From the NCBI GenBank assembly GCA_000708835.1, contig DF236973.1:294699-358698 (forward strand): 64,000 bases of DNA, written 5' to 3'. The notes beneath the pieces were generated by a model that saw only the letters and a program-made list of their open reading frames with translations, did not search any database and had not been told where the DNA came from. The translations under genes and the position numbers were made by a program. This document shows positions 11,501 through 21,900 of the stretch, piece by piece. Each line of letters opens with the position of its first letter. The first letter of the stretch is position 1. This DNA is from Klebsormidium nitens. Taxonomy: Eukaryota > Plantae > Klebsormidiophyceae.

Positions 11501-13984
11501 TTCTCATCCTTGAAATCTCCGTTGCGTTCAATGTCGCAGTGGCGCATGATTCAGTATCTGACAAATTCGAGTGGCTCGACTTAGTGTTCCTCGGTCTTGG
11601 CTTTAGGTCGACGAGCTTGTTCACCCTAGCATGGCGTGGTATTGAAACCCATTCTGGCGAGATATTTCAGCATCCCTGATGCTTTTGAGATTCTGATTGA
11701 ATCATCGCAGACGTTGTTGCACTTTTCTCTGTACTCTACTTCTAATTGGCTTCTTCTAACAATGTATCATCTGACGCTGGATCGAAGCTTGTCGTTCGTG
11801 CTTTGTCCTTCTGGTCAACATGTTTCTCGAGACTGCTTTCCGTTTTGTCTCGGCAGAATACAACTGCAACAGAAGGATGTATCGGTCGTCCTTACTCATT
11901 GCATGATCAGACTCTTCGAAGAACGTTTTCTCAAGCCCAACTAGAGGAATTTCGCAAGCAAAAATGAAGGGAAAAGGCCGCGTATTCACCTGGGCTTGCA
12001 TCCCTATAGCCAAGCAAACCCTTTGAGAAAGGTTATTTACTTCATCTCGGCTCAACCGTTACAGGTTTGCCAACCGCCGGGGTGCTAACCAATCTTTCAA
12101 ACCCACCCCCCTTCGCGCAGGTTTTGTCTGATGGACAATTACTTCGCCTACGGCGCTCGGAAGACGGACCCAAGCGCCCGGCCCACGCTCAAGGAATTTT
12201 GCGTGCATGACGTCAGCGGAGCCTTATCGCACGACCCCAACATGGACACGCGGCAGAGCAAGCTGAACAAGGGCCAGTCCTGCTGGGAGACGATCGCGAC
12301 GCACCCGACTCGGCCGGCCCAGCCCCCAAACCCCGGGCAACTGCCAAACCCCTTGATTCCGGCCTTGCAGCTGGTCGACTTCGCGGAAAATTCCGGGTTT
12401 GGAACCAGTGTGGTTATCGTCATCGACCGGTCCGGCAGCATGGCGGACGACGGCAAGCTGGAATACGCGCAGGCGGGGGCGATAGCGTATGTCAACTCGC
12501 TTATCGAGGGGGATAGCGTGGCCGTCGTATCGTTTGCCTGCGACGGGGGCACTGTTGATATGGACCTGACGGTTATCGACAAAGACGGGCGGGTTAAGAG
12601 CACCGCCAATAATGCAATTCAGGGCCTGGAAGCGGACGGTTCGACCGGGATCTCAGACGGGATCGGGTTAGCCGTTAACCTGCTGGTTAGCGCGGCGTCC
12701 CGCCCCTGCCGCGAGAAGATCGTTTTGCTGACGGACGGCGACTGGAACTGCGGAGAGTCTCCCGTCAATCTCATTCCGCTCCTGCAGAAGGAGGGCATCT
12801 CGTGCTTCGCTCTGGGGGTCGGGGAGGGTTTGTCGACCGGCGGCTTAACCGACCTCCAAACCCTGGCCAAAGGCACGAGCGGCCAGTTCTGGGCGTCCCA
12901 GTCGCCCCTTTCTACGGTTAGCACGTTTCTGGGTTTAAGCGCCGGGAACGTCAACAAACGTCAGCTCGGCTCCCTGGTGGGCGGCGAGGTTTCTACCGGG
13001 TCAGGGAATGTAACCGACCCGGTTAAGGTGGGACCCCTCGAGGCAATGGTCGAGGTTAATGCGACCGAGGTCTCGTTCCTGCTCGTGTTTAACTCGTCCG
13101 CCGCTAACCTAACCATCCAAGACCCGACCGGGAAAACGCTCCAAGTCACCGGGTACAACTTCACGCGGACGTACAGCAACTTTTCAGTGGCCCAGGCGCC
13201 CGCGCCGCTGGCCCCTAACCTGACCGCGGTTAACCAAACCTACAACCTGTCCTCCACGACGACGGTCGAGCTGGGGCCAAACTTCGTTTCGGTAACCGTC
13301 CAGAAACCCGTCCCGGGAACGTACACGGTGTCGGGCGTCCAAGTGTTTAACGCGTCGGTTAGCGCCCTAACCCCGGCTCCCGCGCCCGCGCCAAAGCCTG
13401 TAGGCTTTCAAGCTCGGCAGGGGGATCCCCCTCCGAAGCCTCAGTTGGAGCTCTTCGTCTACGGAAGAAACCCTCTGGGCGCCCAGTTGAACGCGCTGGT
13501 CGTCAATAACGACACGGTTTACGCGCCTGACCCGGTGGTTATCGAGGCTAACCTGCTCTTCAGCGGACGCCTCGTGCTCAACGCGACCGTCACCGCTGAC
13601 GTCTTCTTCCCGAACGGCACCCGGGCCGGCAACTTCACCCTGCTTGACAACGGCAATAACAACGACTCGATCGCGGACGACGGCTACTACACCGGACGCT
13701 TCTCGGACTACGGCGCAGATACGGACGGCTCGTACACCTTCAAGCTGACGGCGCGTTCCGGGCAGAACGCGAGCATTTACCCCGGGGAGAGCTTATTCGC
13801 GGCGACTAGCCCCCCCGCGAGCGTGCCTGGAGGGGTGCCGGACTTCGTGCGTCAGCAGACGGTGTCCGCAGTCGTTGCGGACACGCCGGTGGATTTCGGA
13901 CAGTTCTCGGTCCCTTCACCTCCGCGGGCGAGGTCTCCCGCGCCCGCGCCCGCGCGCGCGTTTGGGCCGACGGGGGCACCTTGA
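8547..13984 (+). CDS. Secreted CLCA-like zinc metalloprotease with VWA domain and C-terminal beta-sandwich region (about 793 aa)
   Basis: Exons 8547..8753, 9976..10125, 10978..11138, 12121..13984; phases are consistent and total 2382 nt. It has a hydrophobic signal peptide (WTAVLISTLGLLALAPVQVQG), ASQ-VFNDATDGQQRFG, HEMGHHAFGLRDEY (11044..11085; CLCA-type HExxHxxxGxxDEY), CLMD..EFC..H..Q..SCWETI, MIDAS motifs DRSGS/T/LLTDG, and LLDNGNNNDSIADDGYYTGRF (CLCA LLDNGAGAD..KDDGVYSRYF-like). Confidence 0.85.
8770..8954. mobile_element. MITE family A, copy 1 (17 bp downstream of the CLCA-like exon 1 donor)
   Basis: Shares GTTTTTGGCCCATAAC.AAGGA.GGTTCTGGGCTGGTTCTGGGCTGGTTAGAA and TAACCCGAGAGTCAAGTC with 17434..17614. 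Confidence 0.7.
10615..11000 (+). repeat. Array of about 57-61-bp acceptor-spanning copies in CLCA-like intron 2
   Basis: GCAGCACGTC or near-copies at 10643, 10704, 10761, 10820, 10879 and the real acceptor at 10974. Confidence 0.8.
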
Positions 13985-14727
13985 AACGGAGGGGTGAAGT
14001 TGTAACCTGACGGCGGGAAGAGTCTGTGTAAAAAAGTTTGACAGAATGTTGAGGCGAAGGGAGTCAGTAGCGTGGACTGATCATCAAGAGGACTGCAAGT
14101 TGGTGTACAGTACTTTATCGCAACGGAGATTGAGCGTCTTGAGAACTCGTGCCTTTGTTAAAACTACAGCGATGAAGGCATAGGATGTGTGGCATCAACC
14201 GGCTATGATGCACGTTTCTTACTGGTGCTTTGTACAATAGCTTTCAAAACCATTGTAATTGTACAGTAGAGCGTAAGGGCTAATCTCAAAACCTTGGTCG
14301 GATTGGAGGCTGAGAACGTCTTAGAATTGTACGACTGGAACGGTTTGAATGCATTGTCGTCCTTGTATTTCATTGTCTTGTGTATTGCACCTTCATTGGT
14401 GCAGATTAAGGGAACTTCACCGGACTTGGCAGAACAGCATAAGAAATCTTCAATCGCTGAGCGTGACGAACGCCCGTCCCAGACTTTGACCTCAATCTCC
14501 AAACTATAGTGACTCCGTCCTTTCGTAACCGAGATTCTATTGGCGATTTGTCTGAAATAATAAGCCATCATGCTTCTTGGAAGCGCTGGGAAATTCCTGC
14601 GGCTGTTTTGCGCATCGTCGATTCGAAGAGGAACCCTTGCAAAGCGACCTTTACGTGCATGGATTCGAAAAGGATCTTGCCGGTCTCCCACGCGCACTCT
14701 TGCTCGTAATTATAAGTTTGATTTCTT

Positions 14728-14833
14728 ATCACCATCTTTTTAGCACACTTGCACACACCAAGTTTGCCTGAAACGTTTCATATCACCATCTTTTTAGCAC
14801 GTGATCTTTTAGCACTTGCACACACCAAGTTTG
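14728..14833. repeat. Short intergenic tandem duplication
   Basis: ATCACCATCTTTTTAGCAC ... CTTGCACACACCAAGTTTG occurs twice (14728 and 14782). Confidence 0.8.
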
Positions 14834-15274
14834 ATTTTCCTGGGTGTGCGTCTTTGAGAGAGGGCGCTGCAATAGAAATTGTGGCTTGAGTTTTTCGCCT
14901 GCTCATGATTTGCGGAGGGGATTCTTGATTTTGGTGCTGTCAAAAGTTTCAGAAACTTACATTTAAAACTTTCCCTTCTACTCGCATCCCTGCCTCATGT
15001 CGTATGCGCGTTGCGAGATTGTCCAGAACAAGTCACGCATACTCTTGTTTTCTCGGGGCTACGATTGCGCGCCTTCCACCGTCAAAAGCTGAGGGGAGCT
15101 GATTTGGGCCGCTGGATCTGCCACGTGGCAGCATCTGAGGGCGGGACCCGCTTTCGTTGCAGGCGGCCCACAAGGATTTCCTCTGGACTTTCGACGCCTT
15201 TTATACCCAATGATAGCCGTAGCTTGCAACGCTCTAGGCGTGAAGGGCTGCGCGCCCTTCAGGGCTGTGCCCTG

Positions 15275-16079
15275 CTGATAAGGGGGGAGCCCCTTCCGGG
15301 CTGCGCCCGGCCAGGCTCCGCCTGGGAGCATACGCCGCGGGTGACTACGATCACCATCGGCGTGTGCTTAAAGTGCTGCACCATCAGCATTATGCTTCCT
15401 TGACTTTTCCTTGATTGAATATAAGAGCGGGTCTCTTAACAACAGTCCCATTTATCATCCTCTTACTACACAAACCCTTGGAGCAGCACCCAGAAGCTGT
15501 TAGTTTTTCGACAGACTCCGAGATGGGACTTACCGCATCCAACGAATAACCTCAGCTGGACACCATTACAGGAGCACGTGATAACGCTCGCTTATATACA
15601 GGGTTTGTTCAAGTCCTGCAAACCAAACCGCTTCAGCCTTGCCAGTTTGCCCCAAAGCTTGGTAGCTTTGAACAAAACCATGACACCTGTCTGCATTCGT
15701 GCACGAAGAAGAGTTGATTTACCAAAGGCGATGAGATTTGAGGGCCAGTTTTGATAGCTTTAGCGTGATTTGGTTTAGCCTAGGTTTTTATATTGACGGG
15801 CAACAGCTGGACGCCTCGAGAAAGTATCATTCGTCGGTTGCTGTGTTGAAGGGGATGCCACATATTTAAAGCAATCAAGTCCTTTTGAAAAGGAGTTCGC
15901 AACTCATCGAGCCCAAGCAACGGTTTGCTTTACTAAGTAGTCTGCGGCAAAAGCGGCAAAATATGCTGATGGAGCATATTTTGAACACGCGCTAATGATG
16001 ATCGTCATCACCCGTAGCGCGTGTTCCCAGGCGCAGCCTGGCCGGGCGGCAGCCCGGAAAGGGGCTTCCCCTTTATCAG
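15275..16079. mobile_element. Foldback / long-TIR non-autonomous element (about 120-bp imperfect arms)
   Basis: 15275..~15395 (CTGATAAGGGGGGAGCCCCTTCCGGGCTGCGCCCGGCCAGGCTCCGCCTGGGA...) is the reverse complement of ~15960..16079 (...TCCCAGGCGCAGCCTGGCCGGGCGGCAGCCCGGAAAGGGGCTTCCCCTTTATCAG). No ORF inside. Confidence 0.75.
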
Positions 16080-16470
16080 TTAACGCTTGTGGTGTTGCTG
16101 AAAGGGGTTCGATTTCTCTATATAAAGGCTCCTAAAGTGCAGAACCAGCTTTGTGGGCGAAGGAACTAGGTTCGAGCGAAACCAGCCGTCCGATGACGCT
16201 ACGTGGTAGAATCAACGGCTCCGTGAAGGGCAAGCGAACCGTTCCGATGATCGGCCACGACGCGAAGCCGCGCGTATATGGCTCGGCAGATTGGATAGTC
16301 TGCAACGCCCAGGAATAGAAGGCGCTCAGTCGGAGGATCAATCAACTGCAGAGCAAACGCAGATATCTTCTCCAAGCATCTTCTGCGTGATTGTGGGGAC
16401 GGTTTCAGCACAGCCTTGTCAGTCAATCTGTTGCTTGATATGCTTACATACCATCTGGCCATAAGTCTAT

Positions 16471-16653
16471 CACAGGAGTTTGTTGGCTATAAACCATGGA
16501 TGGTCATGAGCTGCTTATCGGCTGGTCAGGAAGCTTTTGTGTGTCCAGTAACCAGACTTGGTTGGTAACCAAATTTCGAACCGGTTTAAAACCTGGCTGT
16601 CTGTAGTTCCTGGTTCTGGTAATCAGCCTGGTTAGCAGCCAAACTTTCCTGTG
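16471..16653. mobile_element. MITE family A, copy 2 (diverged)
   Basis: Terminal inverted repeats CACAGGAGTTTGTTGGC ... GCCAAACTTTCCTGTG, with internal similarity to the other two copies (GTGTCCAGTAA.CAGAC). Confidence 0.6.
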
Positions 16654-17240
16654 TTAGAGGCACCTGTACATGGTGGTGCGTATGGATGATAAACAGAGAC
16701 ATCTGTAAGGTACTCTACTCTACGACGCGGCCCTGCTTTCTGTGGTTGCTTATGATGAAGTTTGCCCCATGTCATACTCTCTGAAACGCGTCCAAATACC
16801 TCAGGGAAAAGCTTCATTTGCCTGGCCACGTTCTTCAAACTTTTCCGCGATTCCCCTGGCAGAGGGGGAACGTCGGGGGATGGTCACGAAGCGCCCGGAC
16901 TGGCAGACGAACTGAGTCCGTTTAGTGTGTAATGAGAATTTTGTTGGATTCGGATTGAGTTGATCCCGTCAGAAGCGCGCTCAAAGCCTGAATGAGGCGC
17001 GGCCTTCTTGTCTACTTTGCATCTCCCTCCCCCCTTCATCAATGAATTTTGCACAAGATTCAAGTCAAAAGATGTAAACACTTGGTGCGAGAGAGAAGCG
17101 GAGATGTGGTCACATGCCCGGGGATGCTTGACTGCCTAAAACCGGCATCTTGACTTGCTTAAGGACCCATCTCAAGGACTAAGCTCTACTATGCGCTTCA
17201 TCGAATTGAGCGCTTGCACCAACACTCCTGTCCTTTTGCC

Positions 17241-17338
17241 GACGTTTCGGCCGCTTCCCAGGCATGTCGGACGCTTTCGCTGACGTTTCGGACGCTTTCC
17301 AGACATGTCGGACGCTTCCACTAACGTTTCGGACGCCC
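17241..17338. repeat. About 20-21-bp minisatellite, 5 units
   Basis: Alternating GACGTTTCGGACGCTTTCCA / GACATGTCGGACGCTTCCACT units. Confidence 0.8.
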
Positions 17339-17433
17339 GCGCCATTCGTTTGAGCTTCTCTACAAGCACCCGACGTCCGAAAGCCGCCGCTCCATGTTCG
17401 CACCTCTCGTGCCCCGTCCCGCCGTCACAGTAT

Positions 17434-17614
17434 CACAGGAGTTTTTGGCCCATAACCAAGGATGGTTCTGGGCTGGTTCTGGGCTGGTTAGAAAGCGTAT
17501 GTGTCCAGTAATCAGACGTGGGCGTTAGACAGCCCTGGAACAAGGTTATTTGTCCGGTAACCCGAGAGTCAAGTCTGGTAGTCAGCCTGCTTAGCACTGC
17601 CAAAACTTCCTCTG
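17434..17614. mobile_element. MITE family A, copy 3
   Basis: Terminal inverted repeats CACAGGAGTTTTTGGC ... GCCAAAACTTCCTCTG, about 181 bp, non-coding. Target-site duplication not resolved. Confidence 0.7.
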
Positions 17615-18904
17615 CTTCTTCTCTGCGGCCAGGATTAACCGACTGACGTCTTCCCATATGCTTCTAACGCCCGCAGCGCCTCTCGGAAAGTCTCTCCACA
17701 GAGGCGCAGCGCCCCAGTTCTGGAAGCAGCTCCCGTTTGAAAGCGTCCACTCCCCAGCAGATTGCATCTAGGGCGTCGCTTAACGCTACAAGGGGATGCC
17801 ACCTGGCTGCTTCTGATTAGGTGCCGCGAGTGTGCCGCCAGATCGACGACTCAACCCTGCCGCGCTCCGCCCTAGAGACGAGAAGGGCCTCCATAGCCCT
17901 CGCCACCAAACGTACGTCCGCTTTCTTTCCCCAGGCTTCCAAACAGTGCCCGAGTAAATTTGCAGCCCAGTGCGCTGCTGACCTCAGCTCCTGCGCGCTC
18001 CCAATCAGTCGGATCGCACACCGATCCAGCGGATGTTCCATTACGATGCGAAGCGTCCGAAAGAGGACAACATTACACTGAACGAAACGCCAGTCTAAGG
18101 CAATTAGTCTCCGGATCAACCATGCAATGTGATGCGGACTTTAATTCATGTACGTCAGACCATCACGGTGCTGCAACTTGCAAGCCGGCCAGTACCATAG
18201 TTCTTATATGCATGTATTCAAAACGTACTGTATACGGGTTATTTCAGGTTTGCTTGATCGCCGTTCCGGACGTCATTAACTAGGGCGGCATCCACGACGG
18301 CGATATCTGAATCCGCTGATAAGTTCACCGTTCTTCAAGTTTTTGTATGCTCAGATCTGCTCGTCAGTTTGCGCAGCATCAGGCAAGTTTCGGCCCTGAG
18401 TAACTTGCATGCAGTTTTACGAGCAGTGACTCGGTGTCGGACGTTCAAACGACAAAAAAACCGTTGAACCATGAATGGATCACGACGGTGTCAACAAATG
18501 CAGTGCGATATGCGAATTCTGAGTCGTTTGCGGGAGTCGTTCGCGCCGAGCGATCGCATGTGGCATCGGAAGCATACGTTTGGCTCTCAATTCTAGATTC
18601 TAAAGTATGTTCCTCATTTGCAAATGTGCCATCATTATGTATCCAGGCCGTCGCTGGCCCACGGCCGCTCGGGAACCATCATGCGACACGATCGCGGGAT
18701 GTACGTACGGGCCTGCATGTGATTCTTATCGGGTCAACCTAATCATGCGATGTCAGTTGCGGCGCGAGCCGGCCGCCGCAGCCGAGACGGTCATCTCGGA
18801 CCCACGTTTCGTCGACCACGTTACGGTTGATCAAGGCGATCATAAGCACGGACACGACCATGCATGCAATCACTCAATATGATTTGGACTTTGCTCTTTT
18901 CGAC

Positions 18905-21900
18905 TTACGTCCTTTTCGTACTGCAATCAAAGTCGTAGTCTATACTTGTGTCAGAGTACTTTGACGCAAAGGTGGAGGGCACGCCGCTGGCTAGAAGGAA
19001 CCCAAGCACTGCTAGCGCGAGAAACTCGTTATAGACGGACGCTCGCCGGCTCGCTAGGCTGCGGACGCTCCACAGGTTGGCCGGACCCTCAACTCGTACC
19101 TGGGTCGTGAAGAAAAGACAGGTTAGTTGGACATGTTGGCTGGCTTTTTTTCCGACGTGTATCGTGGGAGATGCCGACAGAACGGCCGATCGCTTTTGCT
19201 GGGAGCAGGGACGCTCGGAGTTAGTCGTCGCTTCCAAGAGCTGCATCGGGGCTAGAAGGCGTTCGCGCACGAGGAGCCAGATTCAGGATCAGTCTTTCAG
19301 CAAGGTCCCCTCCCTTCTGGCTTCGCAAGAGTGGTGTGGACTGAAGGGTCAGAAATGTTGTATTTTGAGACAGACAAAGTTACGGACGATCGCCCCAGGA
19401 GCACAAATTCTGAGCGCTTCGAAGTGCGAAGCGATTGCGGATTCTGCTGCTTGTGATGCGTACGAGAGTAAGGAACGAATCCAAACTGAAGAGACTCTGG
19501 CGTACTTTGAAACCTTCGATCTTTGTCCTGAAGACGATTTCTTTCCGAGGGACTTTGGTGAGGGACTTTTGTGAGATTCTGCCGGTGCTGTTAAAGTGAA
19601 CGGGCATGAGCTGGACCATAGCGCAAAACACCACTGATTTTTCTAATTAGTGTCAACGATAGATCATTATCTCTCCAGGCTTGAAACACTCAAACTTTAA
19701 GCGGATGAAAGCTCAACCCCTTTCCGCAACGAGTCTCCATCGAGAAGCGGCGTAGAGCACGTAAAATCAAGCAGAGACTTGACGGATCGAAATGACTTCA
19801 AGGAGCATCAAAGGAAACGGCGAAGAGAATATCGGCACCCGCCTCGACGGAGCGGCGGGAACTTGTGACTTTTGAAAAAGCATGCCGGAACACGGACCTA
19901 AAGAGCACCTTTGACCAGCTGAAATGAATCAAAGCCAGCCCCGCGGCCGGACATACGAATTAGGGGGCCTTCTGAGGGGGACACGTGGCGCACCTGTATC
20001 CGTCGACTCCCGTCTCCAAGCTGGTCGACATCTGAGACGGTCGCTTTCAGGGCGTACCCAGCCTTCACGAATATTGACAAAATTTGCTTCACGCCGTTCA
20101 CAACCTGCAACACAGGACAAGCAGTTCGGATCGGAGGCATGAGCAGGCCTTCGATTAAGTACAACCTTAGACGTGAGCGTCTAGATTACGTCTCAAACTC
20201 CAGCGATGCGACCCGAGACGTTGGGATCTCTGAAATAAAAATCAGTTTCCAGCTCATAGCTTTGTTGGCAAGGACGTCACAATGAAGCCCGGGACGTGTA
20301 TTACTGAGCTACTTTGCGAATACGGTCTGCCGGCAGTCTTTCAACAGAGTCGAAAAACGAGAGTTCAATCGGACGCGAAAGCGGGTCTGGTGCTGAAAGG
20401 GCATAAGAAGCGCATAGCAAATGCTTGAAAGGCGACCTTTCAAAAGATGCACCAGACTCTCTTTACTCACAAACCGTCTTCCTATCCCTTGGGAACATTT
20501 TTGCCTCTCCTACTTCGTTCTCCTAGGTCCTCGTCTGAAACTTTCCCAGGGGCCTCGTATCAGCAACGTCGAAAGCAAAGCGGCTCACATACGGTAGTCG
20601 GATGGTGCGCCCGCTTTGCTATGACACGGAGCCTCCGGACTGCCACAAAACCCGCCACCGAAGCCGCAAACTTAACTTTCTAAGCTTGCCTTCGCATGTT
20701 TCTCTCCTTCTTTCCATCTGGCTCTCTTGTCCGCTGATTAAGATTCCAGATACCCGCGTTTGCAAGGCCTTGTATCAAAAGTAACCCGACACACACAGTC
20801 GGATGGTGTGGCAGCCTCGCACGGCACGGGGCTTCTGTAGTCGACTTCCTCAAAGTTCTCCACCCATCTATTATCTCAACTTGTTCCCGCATCTTCCTCT
20901 CGTCTTTCTTTCTCTCCTTCAGATTTAACGGTCAAAGTCCAGATCAAGCATTTGCAAGGCCTCCTTCAGCAATCATCGAAAAAAACACGACTCACGCAGT
21001 CGGCTGGCGCGCCCGCCTCGCATGGCACAGGGCCTCCGAACTGGACCTCCTCGAAACCCTCCACCAGACCGGTGTAGATCTTCTTCGCAACGCTCTCTTT
21101 GAACGCTGATGGCAGGCTCGCGTTATCGCGTAACTCGGGGTTGCGGCGCACGGTCTTTACAAGGCCCCCCGCGCCCAGCTTCTCCTGCAACAACGAGTGG
21201 GTAAAGGTTTTGTATATCTCGTTTATAGTAAACTTAATCCGGTAAGCAACAAGTCCTCGACCGGACGAAAGGCCTGAATAGAAGATATACGCGCTCCGCA
21301 CCCGAACCCGCCCAAACCCCGAGTAACCGCGCCCGTCTCAATATAGTCTTCTTATTGTTCACTGTATCGAGCAGAAAGACAGCTTCGGTGTCGCGGCTGT
21401 AAGGACGTCAAATTCAAAGGACTGGGGCGTCGTCTCTGCGTATCTCGGAACCATGATATCCGGTGGGTAATCTAGACGATATTAACAGTCTGGGCGCTGC
21501 CAACGAAAGTGCTTTGGAGCGCGGTTCCCAACCTACTGCCCTTAGGTGAAATGATTGTCGACAATCATGAAGAGATGTTATGACGTTTCCGGCTCCATCC
21601 ATTCTGAGGGTGACAATCTGGAAGCGCTCCGCTAGTGCCACATCGTGCGGTTCGAAGGGCCACTGTATTCCAGGTGCTATGTTAAGAATCCGACCTCCCA
21701 CGAATTCAGTCCAAAAAGGTGCCGAGTGAAGAGGCCCGCGGATGACATATGTGACCAACAAATGCCTGTTCCAGACCAGCATCAGATTTAGGACCGAGTT
21801 TGGGTTCTGAAACTAATCTCGGACTCAAGAGTACAGTGGCGTCGCCTTACCTGGAAGACTTGCTGGCCCTCCCTCATCTCATTTGAGATCGCCGCGTACT

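Larger units (their letters stand above)
17170..18119 (-). pseudogene. Possible coding remnant interrupted by a MITE
   Basis: Protein-like minus-strand fragments (AQELRSAAHWAANLLGHCLEAWGKKADVRLVARAMEALL; EAARWHPLVALSDALDAICWGVDAFKRELLPEL) are broken by stops and frameshifts and by the MITE at 17434..17614. Confidence 0.25.

Noticed and set aside
14203-14697. 164-aa minus-strand ORF
   Set aside because: No motif, no convincing splice partners, and composition not clearly coding; left uncalled.
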